In this document: in pieces, positions 40,115-49,801 of the stretch
Layout of the letters: every line of letters starts with the position of its first letter
Position numbering within the stretch: the first letter of the stretch is position 1
Assembly (NCBI GenBank): GCA_965218975.1
Contig: OZ244717.1
Location: 1,312,001 to 1,376,000, forward strand
DNA from: Candidatus Oxydemutatoraceae bacterium
Lineage (GTDB): Bacteria; Pseudomonadota; Gammaproteobacteria; Poriferisulfidales; Oxydemutatoraceae
Length of the DNA: 64,000 nucleotides
Direction of reading: 5' to 3'
Translations under genes and position numbers: made by a program
The notes under the pieces: generated by a model
Databases searched by the model: none
What the model was told of the DNA's origin: nothing
What the model saw: the letters and a program-made list of their open reading frames with translations, nothing else

Positions 40115-41342
40115 AGATATCAGTGTAAGACACCAACCCTCTCCGACACCGACAGCTACGACTGGGGAAGTAATTCAAGTTACCGACAAACAAACCTCCT
40201 CGCAGCCTCCGGTAGAAGCTCCTATAACTTCTTCCGCGGCTGACAGCGGTCTAGCCGCTCCGGGCGGTCCAACTTTAGCGTCGCCGACGCGGATGAATCC
40301 TGCCGATTTAATGACCTTGCTATATGCCTTGCGCAAGAAAACAAGCGAATCGCGTATTAAAAATGCCGAAGAAGGTATCAAAAATCGTGCGCTTGACAAG
40401 CAAATGAAAAATGAAGATACCTTGGAGAAATTAAAAAAGATTGCGCATCATCATCAGAACAAGACCGGAGGCATTCTCGCCAAAGTTTTTGCCTGGGTCG
40501 GAGTTGCGTTAGCGTTTGTTGTCGCCGCGGTCGTGGGGGTTGTTTCCGGTGGCGCCGCTGCCGCGCCGTTGTTTGCGTTGGCGCTTGTGTCAACAGCGGT
40601 ATTGATAGCGGAAGAAAGCGGCGGAATGGAGAAAATGGAAGATGCGATGGGTATGGATGATAAACAAAAGATGGCTTTTTCAATTTCGTTAACGGTGGCT
40701 TTGCTCGTTTTGAATATCGGAGCAACGGTTGCTACCGGCGGTGTTTCGGGAATTACTTCGGTTGTCAGTAGCATAGGCAAATTGATGACCGATGCCGGAG
40801 AAGCAGCTGCCGAAGGGGCAGCGGCTGCTGCCGAAGGGGCGGCGGCGGCTTCCGAGACTGCGGCAGCGGCTTCTGAAGGGGCAGCGGCAGTTTCCGAAGG
40901 GGCGGCAGCAGCTGCCGAAGGAGCGACCGAGGTCAGTCAGAGCGTTGCGGAAACCTCTATTGAGGGTTCGACGCAATTGACGGAGGAAACAACGTCTGCG
41001 ACGGAAAGCGCGGATGAGGTTGCGGCCAGTGCAGGCAAATCGGCAAAAGTTCTTAAAGCTGCAAATAGACTCCGGGCGGCTGCTCAGATCACTTCAGGCG
41101 CTACGTCAATTGCCGGTGGCGGAATTGGGATCGATACGGCAAAGAAGGAATACGAGACCACGACTGCACGTGCGGATATGATGCGCAATAAAGCCGAATT
41201 GGCGAAACTGGCAGCGATGGATGAAGAAGATATGCGCCGGATCAAGAAACTGATTCAACAGTTGCAAGATGCTTCCGGCATGGTAATCGATACCTTGTCT
41301 TCTGCGGACGAAGCGGCGACGAAAATTCGTACTTCAATCTAG
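40104..41342 (+). CDS. sctE: SctE (YopB/SseC/BopB-like) major translocator
   Basis: Chaperone-binding-like PTLASP motif, coiled coil, KVFAW followed by long hydrophobic segments (..VSGGAAAAPL..), C-terminal coiled coil. Confidence 0.8.
   Translation: MANEDISVRHQPSPTPTATTGEVIQVTDKQTSSQPPVEAPITSSAADSGLAAPGGPTLASPTRMNPADLMTLLYALRKKTSESRIKNAEEGIKNRALDKQMKNEDTLEKLKKIAHHHQNKTGGILAKVFAWVGVALAFVVAAVVGVVSGGAAAAPLFALALVSTAVLIAEESGGMEKMEDAMGMDDKQKMAFSISLTVALLVLNIGATVATGGVSGITSVVSSIGKLMTDAGEAAAEGAAAAAEGAAAASETAAAASEGAAAVSEGAAAAAEGATEVSQSVAETSIEGSTQLTEETTSATESADEVAASAGKSAKVLKAANRLRAAAQITSGATSIAGGGIGIDTAKKEYETTTARADMMRNKAELAKLAAMDEEDMRRIKKLIQQLQDASGMVIDTLSSADEAATKIRTSI
40809..40922 (+). repeat. 21-bp tandem repeat (about 5.5 copies) encoding (A/S)EGAAAA
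   Basis: gccgaaggggcagcggctgct / gccgaaggggcggcggcggct / tccgagactgcggcagcggct / tctgaaggggcagcggcagtt / tccgaaggggcggcagcagct. Confidence 0.85.
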
Positions 41343-41347
41343 TTGCA

Positions 41348-41863
41348 ATGAGTGGGGCAGAAATCATGGAAAATAATGTGTCTCAGTTGCAAGAAATCGA
41401 AGACTTGGCGATTGAATGCTTGGCCGACGGTATACCGCTGAGTGTTATTAAGAACTATAGCGACGATGAAATTGAAGCGGTTTACAATGTTGCTTATAAC
41501 CTATATCAGCAGCATCAATACGAAGATGCAAAAAAGCTGTTTACTTTTTTAGTGTTGCACGAACATGCCGATAGCCGATTTTCTATTGGTTTGGGGGGAT
41601 GTTACCAATTGATGGGACAATACGACAAGGCAATCATAATCTATTCGACTGCCGCGGTTATTGATGCGACTAATCCGATGCCGGCGTTTCATGCGTGTGA
41701 ATGCTATATGGCGCTCAAAGATTGGGATAATGCCAAGAAAGCGGTGACTTCAATTGAGATAATTTGTGTGGCGACTGCTGATGAAGCGGATCATAGCGGA
41801 CTGCTTAAAAAAGTTGCGGCAATGTTTGATCTTATTGATGAACGTGCTGCGGGTTTGACTTAA
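41348..41863 (+). CDS. Second SycD/LcrH class II chaperone (TPR)
   Basis: IEAVYNVAYNLYQ..QYEDAKKLF.FL...H.DSRF.IGLGGC.Q, NPMPAFHACEC. Confidence 0.9.
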   Translation: MSGAEIMENNVSQLQEIEDLAIECLADGIPLSVIKNYSDDEIEAVYNVAYNLYQQHQYEDAKKLFTFLVLHEHADSRFSIGLGGCYQLMGQYDKAIIIYSTAAVIDATNPMPAFHACECYMALKDWDNAKKAVTSIEIICVATADEADHSGLLKKVAAMFDLIDERAAGLT

Positions 41864-41891
41864 AGTTCTTTGATGAAGAAGTGGAGCTGTA

Positions 41892-42359
41892 ATGAGCGCT
41901 GAGGCGATGCAGAATTTGTTGAAAGAGTTTGGCGATTTGATCGGTATTCCCGAGTTATGTTTGGATGAAGAGAATCGTTGCAATCTTATGTTTGACGATG
42001 TTGCGGTAAGTTTTGAATTGAATAGGGACGAGGAATCGTTTTATATGTATTCATATCTAGGCGATGCTTCCAGTGAAAATCGGGAAAGAGTTTATGCTAA
42101 GCTACTGGACGCCAATTATGTTTTTAAACATACTAATGGTGCGACATTAGGCGTAGAAGATGCCAGTAAGAAAATTATTTTAATTCGCCAATATGCATTG
42201 GAGATGATGCGTTTGTCGAAATTTGAATCCGTGGTGGAAGAATTTGTTAATCTGGCGGAATACTGGAAACAAAAAATACCGACACTTGCTTTGGCTCAGG
42301 AACAGGCGCCGTTTCCCGATGAAGGCGGAATTTCCGAAGCGCACGCGATGAAAGTATAA
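41892..42359 (+). CDS. CesT/Tir-family class I T3SS effector chaperone
   Basis: LLKEFGDLIGIPELCLDEENRCNLMFDD, LLDANY.F..TNGATLG, FVNLAEYW; acidic, 155 aa. Confidence 0.88.
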   Translation: MSAEAMQNLLKEFGDLIGIPELCLDEENRCNLMFDDVAVSFELNRDEESFYMYSYLGDASSENRERVYAKLLDANYVFKHTNGATLGVEDASKKIILIRQYALEMMRLSKFESVVEEFVNLAEYWKQKIPTLALAQEQAPFPDEGGISEAHAMKV

Positions 42360-42446
42360 AAGTTTATTTATACCCATCCGTTTGCTTTAATGCGGACACT
42401 GCAAGCTCGTCTTCCACATGCAATGAGAGTATAGGAGGTTATCTCA

Positions 42447-42689
42447 ATGTCAGTTCCAGCCCAATCCCATCTGACGATGGACCTTGAGAATGAATTAAAA
42501 GAAGATACCAGCGGAGAGTTCAAAAAGAAGCTGCACGACGGGTTTTCACAGCAAATTTCTGCGATTGACTCTCAACTGAAAAAAGGTGTGGCGCCGGATG
42601 AATATGCTTGTCTCAATACGATTATGCAGGGATTACAATCAGCAGATGTTGTGCTTGAGCGCATTTGGATCTATTACCACCATCAATGA
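42447..42689 (+). CDS. YscE/SsaE/EscE-family needle co-chaperone
   Basis: DLENELKEDTSG, LKKGVAPDEY..L..IMQGLQSADVVL; 80 aa; AGGAGG RBS. Confidence 0.7.
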   Translation: MSVPAQSHLTMDLENELKEDTSGEFKKKLHDGFSQQISAIDSQLKKGVAPDEYACLNTIMQGLQSADVVLERIWIYYHHQ

Positions 42690-42857
42690 TTGTTACCCTC
42701 GCTGTGTTTGCGTCGCGCATAGTGACAGACGGCATCCGATCATTTAGGCGAAAGGATGAACTTTCCCGCATGATGCCTGGTAGTCGGCGTCACCCACGAA
42801 CCGGATTTGTGGGCAATCGCATTTTTATTTTCCATTATTAAATATCAATACTGATTT

Positions 42858-45116
42858 ATGATTAATATCAAAAATTTTCAATCGGCTGTAGCTAGAGTAG
42901 GCGATCGCAATGCCGCTTTTAATCTGACGGTGGATAAGTCGGGTCTACGTGATACCGGCAACGGAATTGTGCGCTGGGTTAGAAGTATGAACACTTCGAG
43001 GAATCGCGAAGCATCGCGATTGTTTATTGATGCGCTAAGACAGTCTTATGGGGAACAGATTGCCAGCCGAGTGATTGATACATTGAGCTGGAACACAAGG
43101 CTGGAGCAAGGCAAACCATTGCGTTCAAGAAATATTAGAGAAGCTTTGGATCTTGCCGAAGAAATTAAAAATCGGTTTATTAAATCAAATGAAGGAATTG
43201 CATCAAACTATAATCGCCCTTTGGCAAGCGGTTCCGACACATCTTTACTACAGATAAAATTTGACCATATTGCCGAACGCTTGTTTGGTTCGGATGCAGC
43301 AGAGATAGCATCCATAAAAGCGCAAGTTGACTTTGGAGATCTTGGTCAAAAGATTAAAGAGGAGGTTAATTTTTCCGGCAAGAGCGGTCTGCGTTTTGTT
43401 ACTTCTGCTGAAGCCGATAAGCTTGCCGAGTCAGTCATATTGAAACAGGCGACACAAGCGTACCGTGCGATTCTGATGGATAGGATCGGTATCACTAAAA
43501 CGGACTCGTTGTCGCAGCAGCTTCTAGAAAAAATGAATTTTGATTCTGCGACCGGGCTTGTGGTTGATTTATCTAAATTAGAAGACAATATCGTGCAAGA
43601 AATTGACAGGCAGCTGATGGATAAACTGTCGGATGCCGTGTACCGCAAGCTGAATAAGGTTAAAAGTCAAGGTCTTGGTCTGGGCCCGTCCGTGGCGAAT
43701 GAAGAAGGCACACAGAGTGGTTTGACGATCGCGGTATCGTCTGAAGACTTAAAAACGATGGTTGATGATGTGGTCGGCAAGTTTGCTAGCGAACGGTTCG
43801 CGGCGGGTCAGGCAGCCCAACAATTGCCGGTTGATGATCCGGGAGTGAAGGCGCGGATGATGCAGCAGATACTCCATAGCAATATGCCGGCAAGCATGGT
43901 GCCGGCATTCGGTAAAGCTTATCCTCAACTTTCGGAACACTTCCTTAAATTAGATAAAGAACCGAAGCTTTCTTTACTTGACAAGGTGAAAGAGCAGCTT
44001 GAACCGGGGCATTTCCTTCAATCTGGCGCAGAGTTAGGGCTTTCCCAACAGGAATGGGAAAATGCTCTAATCGGAGTGCATGATGCGGTGATGAATGCGA
44101 TGAGTGATCAGAATCTTTCGGTTGAAAATAGAGATTCCGTTATGCGCACTTTTTGGCAGGTTTTTTTAACCGGTTGTGATGATGCGCAGTTGCGCGATAT
44201 CAGCAATCAGATGGACCGAGAAGGGTCGCCGCTTAGATCTTTCGGCGAAGGTGCGCATTATGCGCGGTATATTTTTACGCAAAGCAATACTTTCCAGAAA
44301 AACGAAAGTGTATACCAATCATCGGTTGAAACCGCTGGCGAGTATGATTTTTTATTAAACAATCTTGCTCAGCTTCTGCAAGATAAGGCGGGCATTTCAA
44401 GACCGCTGGTCGGAGTATCATCGAGAGAGATGCTTTCTGACGATACGATTAAAACGTTGCGTAATGCCGGTATCGAGTTGCCGGCGCCTAATCGAGTGGG
44501 CGCAGCAAATGACAACGTTCGTCTTTCTAATCGGGTTTTGGAAAAAATACAGGCGGATTTGTTGTCGCAAGCTCGTACTAATAAAACTGTTACCGACGAC
44601 GGAGTTTTGGGAGAATTTACTCGCGACCTTGGTCGCGCTACTTATCGTTTGCAAGGAAAAGATTTAGGTGCCGACTCGCAAGGAATCATAAATCAGCTGC
44701 GTGAATTTTGTACCGACGAATCCGGAAAATTGAATGAAGAGATGTTGCTGAAAATTTCCGAGTTCGCTTATCAGGCAACCGCCGGGATGTTGATGTCAAA
44801 TATTGCTCCGGGACGGGAACGTATGTCGCCGTTTCAATTTGTACCTCTTACGGATAACAGGCATCCTAGCGCTAGGATTGAGTATGATATCGACAAAAAT
44901 GCTCAAGGGGATATTAGCATCGGCATGAAGTTTTTTGGGCCGGCAACCGTATTGAACGGTATTGACCTCGAAACCAAAGAAGACGTTGATATTCTATTAG
45001 ATCAAGATACCAGTTATTTCAGGATGGCGATGGATATTTCTTTGGATGCACAAACTTTGGAGCCGGTGCTTGATAAGGCAAGTATGGGTTATGCATTCTA
45101 CCCGCAAGAAAGTTAA
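42858..45116 (+). CDS. Putative T3SS effector of unknown function (752 aa)
   Basis: Inside the T3SS locus; N-terminus IVRW...FIDALRQSYGE...GKPLRSR resembles the chaperone-binding domain of SptP. Confidence 0.65.
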   Translation: MINIKNFQSAVARVGDRNAAFNLTVDKSGLRDTGNGIVRWVRSMNTSRNREASRLFIDALRQSYGEQIASRVIDTLSWNTRLEQGKPLRSRNIREALDLAEEIKNRFIKSNEGIASNYNRPLASGSDTSLLQIKFDHIAERLFGSDAAEIASIKAQVDFGDLGQKIKEEVNFSGKSGLRFVTSAEADKLAESVILKQATQAYRAILMDRIGITKTDSLSQQLLEKMNFDSATGLVVDLSKLEDNIVQEIDRQLMDKLSDAVYRKLNKVKSQGLGLGPSVANEEGTQSGLTIAVSSEDLKTMVDDVVGKFASERFAAGQAAQQLPVDDPGVKARMMQQILHSNMPASMVPAFGKAYPQLSEHFLKLDKEPKLSLLDKVKEQLEPGHFLQSGAELGLSQQEWENALIGVHDAVMNAMSDQNLSVENRDSVMRTFWQVFLTGCDDAQLRDISNQMDREGSPLRSFGEGAHYARYIFTQSNTFQKNESVYQSSVETAGEYDFLLNNLAQLLQDKAGISRPLVGVSSREMLSDDTIKTLRNAGIELPAPNRVGAANDNVRLSNRVLEKIQADLLSQARTNKTVTDDGVLGEFTRDLGRATYRLQGKDLGADSQGIINQLREFCTDESGKLNEEMLLKISEFAYQATAGMLMSNIAPGRERMSPFQFVPLTDNRHPSARIEYDIDKNAQGDISIGMKFFGPATVLNGIDLETKEDVDILLDQDTSYFRMAMDISLDAQTLEPVLDKASMGYAFYPQES

Positions 45117-45146
45117 GGTTGATTAACGTTGGCAGGCTTGCTAAAG

Positions 45147-46832
45147 ATGCCTACGGACAGGATAATCAGATTAATTACAAGTGTACTGCTGGTTGGTGCG
45201 TTGAACGTTGCGGTGTCGGATTCGGCATGGCTGGATAAAAAGTATGGCTACTTTGCTCGAGAGGAATCTCTACGTAGTTTACTCTACGATTTTGCCTCAA
45301 GTGTTTCAATTCCGGCAATTATTAGCTCGAAAATCAATGCTTCGATCAGTGGAAATTTTCCGATCATTCGCGCTGAAGATTTTTTGACCGACCTTGCAAA
45401 AACTTACGACTTATCATGGATTTATGACGGCACGACTTTATATGTTTATGAGGCAACCGAAATAGAGCAAAAAACTATTGATTTGGCATATCCTTTGGTA
45501 AGGAAGTTTCAGGATTATATGGCCGAGGTGGATATTCAAGGTGTTCCGCTGAATTGGAAAGCCATACCGACTCAAAACGTTTTGCAAGTATCCGGTCCGC
45601 CACGTTTTGTCGCTTTAGTGACGGAGGTAGTTGCCCGACTTGGAGATCAAGATATTGAGCCGCCGGTCGTCAGTGACGACGGATATACCGTTCGTGTATT
45701 TCATATCGAATACGGTTATGTCGATAAAGCCGGCAACAATGCTTCCGGAAATAAGACGCCTATTATTAGTCTCGCCGAAATGCTTGGAAATATTATGAAT
45801 GTCGCGCATATCTCCAAGGTGGTCGGTAGCGGCGTCGGGGCTGAAACGAGAAAGTTTCGCGGTACAGGTTTGGTCGGAAAGAACACGGATGAGCAGACGG
45901 CGGCCCCCATACCTGAGAGTCAGGTTGCCGGGATTCGTGAAAATGAAGCTTATATCATCGGCGATCCTCGTTTAAATGCTATCATTGTGCGCGATCGTGA
46001 GGACAGAATACCCACTTATGAGCGGTTGATACAAGAACTGGATAAGCCTTTGGATCAGATTGAAATTGAAGTTTCAATATTTGACATTGATGCGACCGAA
46101 GCGCAAAACTTAGGGTTTGATTGGGAAATTCGTAATACCGGCCCCGGATTTGTTTATAACACAACTTTGAGCCCTTCTGAAATTAGCGGCTTTATTGTTC
46201 GTGTATCTGCACTGCAAAGTAAGGGAAAAGGCCGAATTTTATCGCGTCCGTCAGTATTGACACTAGATAACCACGAGGCATTGTTTCAGAACAATCAAAC
46301 TTTTTATGTGCGCTTGGGTTCTCCCGATGATGGTTCCGAAGGTGCGGCGGTTGATTTAGTTCCGGTCTCTTACGGCTCGGTGATAAAAGTCCGTCCGCAT
46401 GTGATTTATGGAAGCGATGAACGTAAAATCCAGATGGCAATTCATGTTGAAGACGGGCGCAGATCTGAAAGTACGGATTTAGTATCAGGATTGCCTGAAG
46501 TCGCCCAAAACGTGATTCAAACGCAAGCGGTGATACGCGAAGGGCAAAGTTTGTTGATCGGAGGATACAATGTTCGCGAACGTGTTCTGAGCGAACGGCG
46601 TATTCCGTTGTTGGGTTATGTTCCAATATTGGGTTTCTTTTTTACAAACACGAGTGAGAGTGATGTTTCAGCCGCGCGTTATTTCATGATTACCCCGAGA
46701 ATTATCGATACTTCTATCAATTTTGAAATTACGACCGGTTTTGAAGATGAGGATAATGAAGTAATCAATGCAGTGAAGGAAGAAGCTGTAGGTAAGCCGG
46801 ATATTAAGCGCTCGTATTCCGGGCCGCCATAA
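45147..46832 (+). CDS. sctC: T3SS outer-membrane secretin (YscC/HrcC)
   Basis: Signal peptide, REESLRSLL.DF, WIYDGTTLYVY, VSGPPRFV, DPRLNAIIVRD, RPSVLTLDN.EA, QSLLIGG, IPLLG.VP.LG.FF, FMITPRII. Confidence 0.93.
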   Translation: MPTDRIIRLITSVLLVGALNVAVSDSAWLDKKYGYFAREESLRSLLYDFASSVSIPAIISSKINASISGNFPIIRAEDFLTDLAKTYDLSWIYDGTTLYVYEATEIEQKTIDLAYPLVRKFQDYMAEVDIQGVPLNWKAIPTQNVLQVSGPPRFVALVTEVVARLGDQDIEPPVVSDDGYTVRVFHIEYGYVDKAGNNASGNKTPIISLAEMLGNIMNVAHISKVVGSGVGAETRKFRGTGLVGKNTDEQTAAPIPESQVAGIRENEAYIIGDPRLNAIIVRDREDRIPTYERLIQELDKPLDQIEIEVSIFDIDATEAQNLGFDWEIRNTGPGFVYNTTLSPSEISGFIVRVSALQSKGKGRILSRPSVLTLDNHEALFQNNQTFYVRLGSPDDGSEGAAVDLVPVSYGSVIKVRPHVIYGSDERKIQMAIHVEDGRRSESTDLVSGLPEVAQNVIQTQAVIREGQSLLIGGYNVRERVLSERRIPLLGYVPILGFFFTNTSESDVSAARYFMITPRIIDTSINFEITTGFEDEDNEVINAVKEEAVGKPDIKRSYSGPP

Positions 46833-47144
46833 AATTTACTTGTTGCCGTTGGCTTTTATCCGTACCGGAGTAACGGTGATGATCTGCATAAATCTCTATT
46901 TTTGTGGGAATTTGAGGAGGGCATTATTGCGAGGAAGAGTTTATGTAGCGGAATTTTTCGCAGCGACTTTCGTTTTTTTCCGTTTTCATTCTTGAGGAGA
47001 CAGATTATTGGTAAAGACAAAGTGAATAAATTTTTATTCCGGTCGAGGCAAAGGAAGAGGGCGTTTTATATGGCTCTGCAAACGGTATATTGATTATAGT
47101 ACAATTTATTTATCAGTTCAGCTCATCGAGATAGGAGGTATATT

Positions 47145-49771
47145 ATGGGACTTTTTGGTGAAGTGAGAAATACCGGCAGCGTATCCGATACTTCTCGGAC
47201 CACTGCGCAAACGCCGGTTAAAGGTAAGCTCCAAGGTAAAACTGTGACTATCGGCGGTGACCATACGCTGACTACGCCGGTGGATGATCATGCTGAAAAC
47301 GTGTTATCAAACAGCGCCAACAGTACAGTTAGGGAACGAGAAGTTACTCAGGGAGTTAGTCAAGAATTGGTCAAACAATTATCGCTGGGCGAGATTGAAA
47401 AAATATCCAATTATTTAACGAATCATGTCGTAAAAGGAGATATTCCGCGTGATTTGTTGCCGGATTTTGAAGAGGCAATTTTGTATGCCAAACGTGCGGA
47501 TGAGGAGATTTCTCGTGCTGCCGTTTTGCTTGGTAAATCCGATGATTACGAATCTTTGAGCGCAGATGAGCAAGCGGAAGTGCAAGCGTTGATGGGGTCA
47601 AGTAAATACAACCTTTCGTTGATCCAAGGCTGGTTGATGGAAAAAAGAATACAACTGGCGGAAAATAATCAACTGTCGCATGTGACAGATACATTAATCC
47701 AAAGCTTGCAGCAGCGTTTTGCCGACCGGCATATGGACGCGGCAGACTTGATTTCACTTTTCGATTTAGATGAAATGCCGCCGGAAGCCGTTAGTCGCAG
47801 CGACAGAATCAATTCACATTTGTTACAGGCAGATGCCGCACTGATGATTGCGCGCCAACTGTCGGTGGCCGGATTGGCGGGACCCGCAAAATCGGCGATT
47901 ATCAAAATTCTCGAAGAGCATCAGAGCACTTTATCGCAGGCAAAAACGGTTAGCGAGTACAACGTCACGACATCAAAGCCGCCGACCGAATTGTCGCTCG
48001 CGGCAAAAGAGATATGGGATACCCCGTTTGCAATGGTTTCGGCAAAAAAAGGTAAAAAAGACAGTATTGCACAGCTCAAGGCACACTGGAATGACAAAGC
48101 CCAGAATGGCAGTGCGGCGAAGAAGCGTTGGTTGCCACTGGCGCACGCTAAAGTCGGTCAAGCCCGTATGCTGCAAGAATTTATTCGGCATCAACTGTTG
48201 GCGGCAGGCGTTGCAAAAAAAGATTTGCCTGATTTGAAATTTATGTTTCATCAAGCGCATAATCAGACACTTAACCGGCAGCCTTGGGACCCAATCCGTA
48301 AGCAAGTGCGCTACGATTTAGTGTCAACTGATCACCTGAATTCTTGGCCCGCTAGAGGAGTTGCGGAAAGTTCCATTACTCCGGCAAAAGCGTTTGCGCA
48401 ACATTTCGCGCAAGATTATCCGTTGAACGGGATCAACTGTGCCGACCGTTTACAGTATCAGCATGTTCCGAATCTTGCACATACTCAAGCCAGCGATGAA
48501 AACGGTCAGGTTTTATTTTCCGGGTTGCGGCATGGTGTTTTGGATGCATACGATTTGACCGGGAAAAATTTGCAAAAATTACCCGACGCGACTCTTCGGT
48601 CAATGATTAGTGATTTACTTGTTCGCGACGGTGCGATTACCCCTCCCGAAGGGAACACACGTGATGAAATGATCAATAGTATTTTCGGTTTAATCCGAAA
48701 TGATCCGAGTTCCGCTACCGAATATGCAAACCTGATGCGGGTTGAAGCAAGCAAAAATATGGCTCAAGAAATAGCGGTTGCCGCGCTGGTTGCAGACCCC
48801 GACAAGTTTCAAAATGCGCTTGACGGCGAGACTGTCACGTTAAATTTAAGCTCTATTTCATTGTTGACACCGGATCATTTACGTCCGTTGATCAAAGGGG
48901 GAAGCAGCAGTAATGAAAGAGCAATGTTGGAAACGCAAACATCCGCTTTACTCGGTTTGAGCAAAGATAAGCCCGCAACGTTGACAGTGCGTGACACCCA
49001 GGGGAATACTCAGACGGTACGTGCGAATATTAACGTTAGAACATTTAACTTCGGCGTCAACGGTGGTGCAGTCGGTAGAATGATGAAAATTCCGTCCCAA
49101 ACCCCCGTATGGCGAAATTTTATGGGGTGGGGATTTGCAATGGATAGCAATAATCCTGAGCTTGCTGAATTAGTCGGACCCGCAAATAACAAGGAAGTGA
49201 GCGGGCATGTCCGCCAAAAACTGGACCGAATGATGGCGCAAAACGGCAGTTACAAAGTGATTTGACGCAGATGACCGGTCAATCTGCCGTGGACCGGGGG
49301 AGGATTTCGGAGAGTATTGCCCGCTTGGATAAAGATATGGGGAAACTCACCTATGCTGCGAGTCAGCTCAAAGAAATTTGGCGCGAGGGATCATTTATGG
49401 CCGGTGATCGTGAACCCTATAAAATGGTATCTCGATTAGCTTTGGTTGCTCATCTGATGGGTGAAACACCGCTATTTAACTGCAAGAGCGGTAAGGACCG
49501 TACCGGGCAGCTGGATGCCGAGGTGAAATGCCTCGCTGCCTTTGCCGAGAAAAACGGTTATATCCCGGCGCCGGAATCGCAACCACCGGGGTTGCGCCGG
49601 ATGCGTAGTCAATTCACTTTAGGTTCCGGGAATCTTGAAATGCAAAGAATCAATACCGGATTACCCGGCTATAAATTGAAGCGCAGTGAAGTGCCGGGGC
49701 TCGCAAATATGGTGGCGGACGAGGCATTGGAACCCATTTATCGAGGAGGGTCCGATCATATAGCCGCTTAA
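47145..49771 (+). pseudogene. SopB/SigD/IpgD-family inositol/phosphoinositide phosphatase effector, split by a 1-nt frameshift near 49240
   Basis: LFSGLRHGVL, SISLLTP and FNFGVN in 47145-49265; EPYKMVSRLA...NCKSGKDRTG.LDAEVK (CX5R) and SGNLEMQRINTG in 49262-49771. Confidence 0.85.
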
Positions 49772-49801
49772 GGTTTTTTATAATTTAGTGAGGAAGCCGT
49801 T

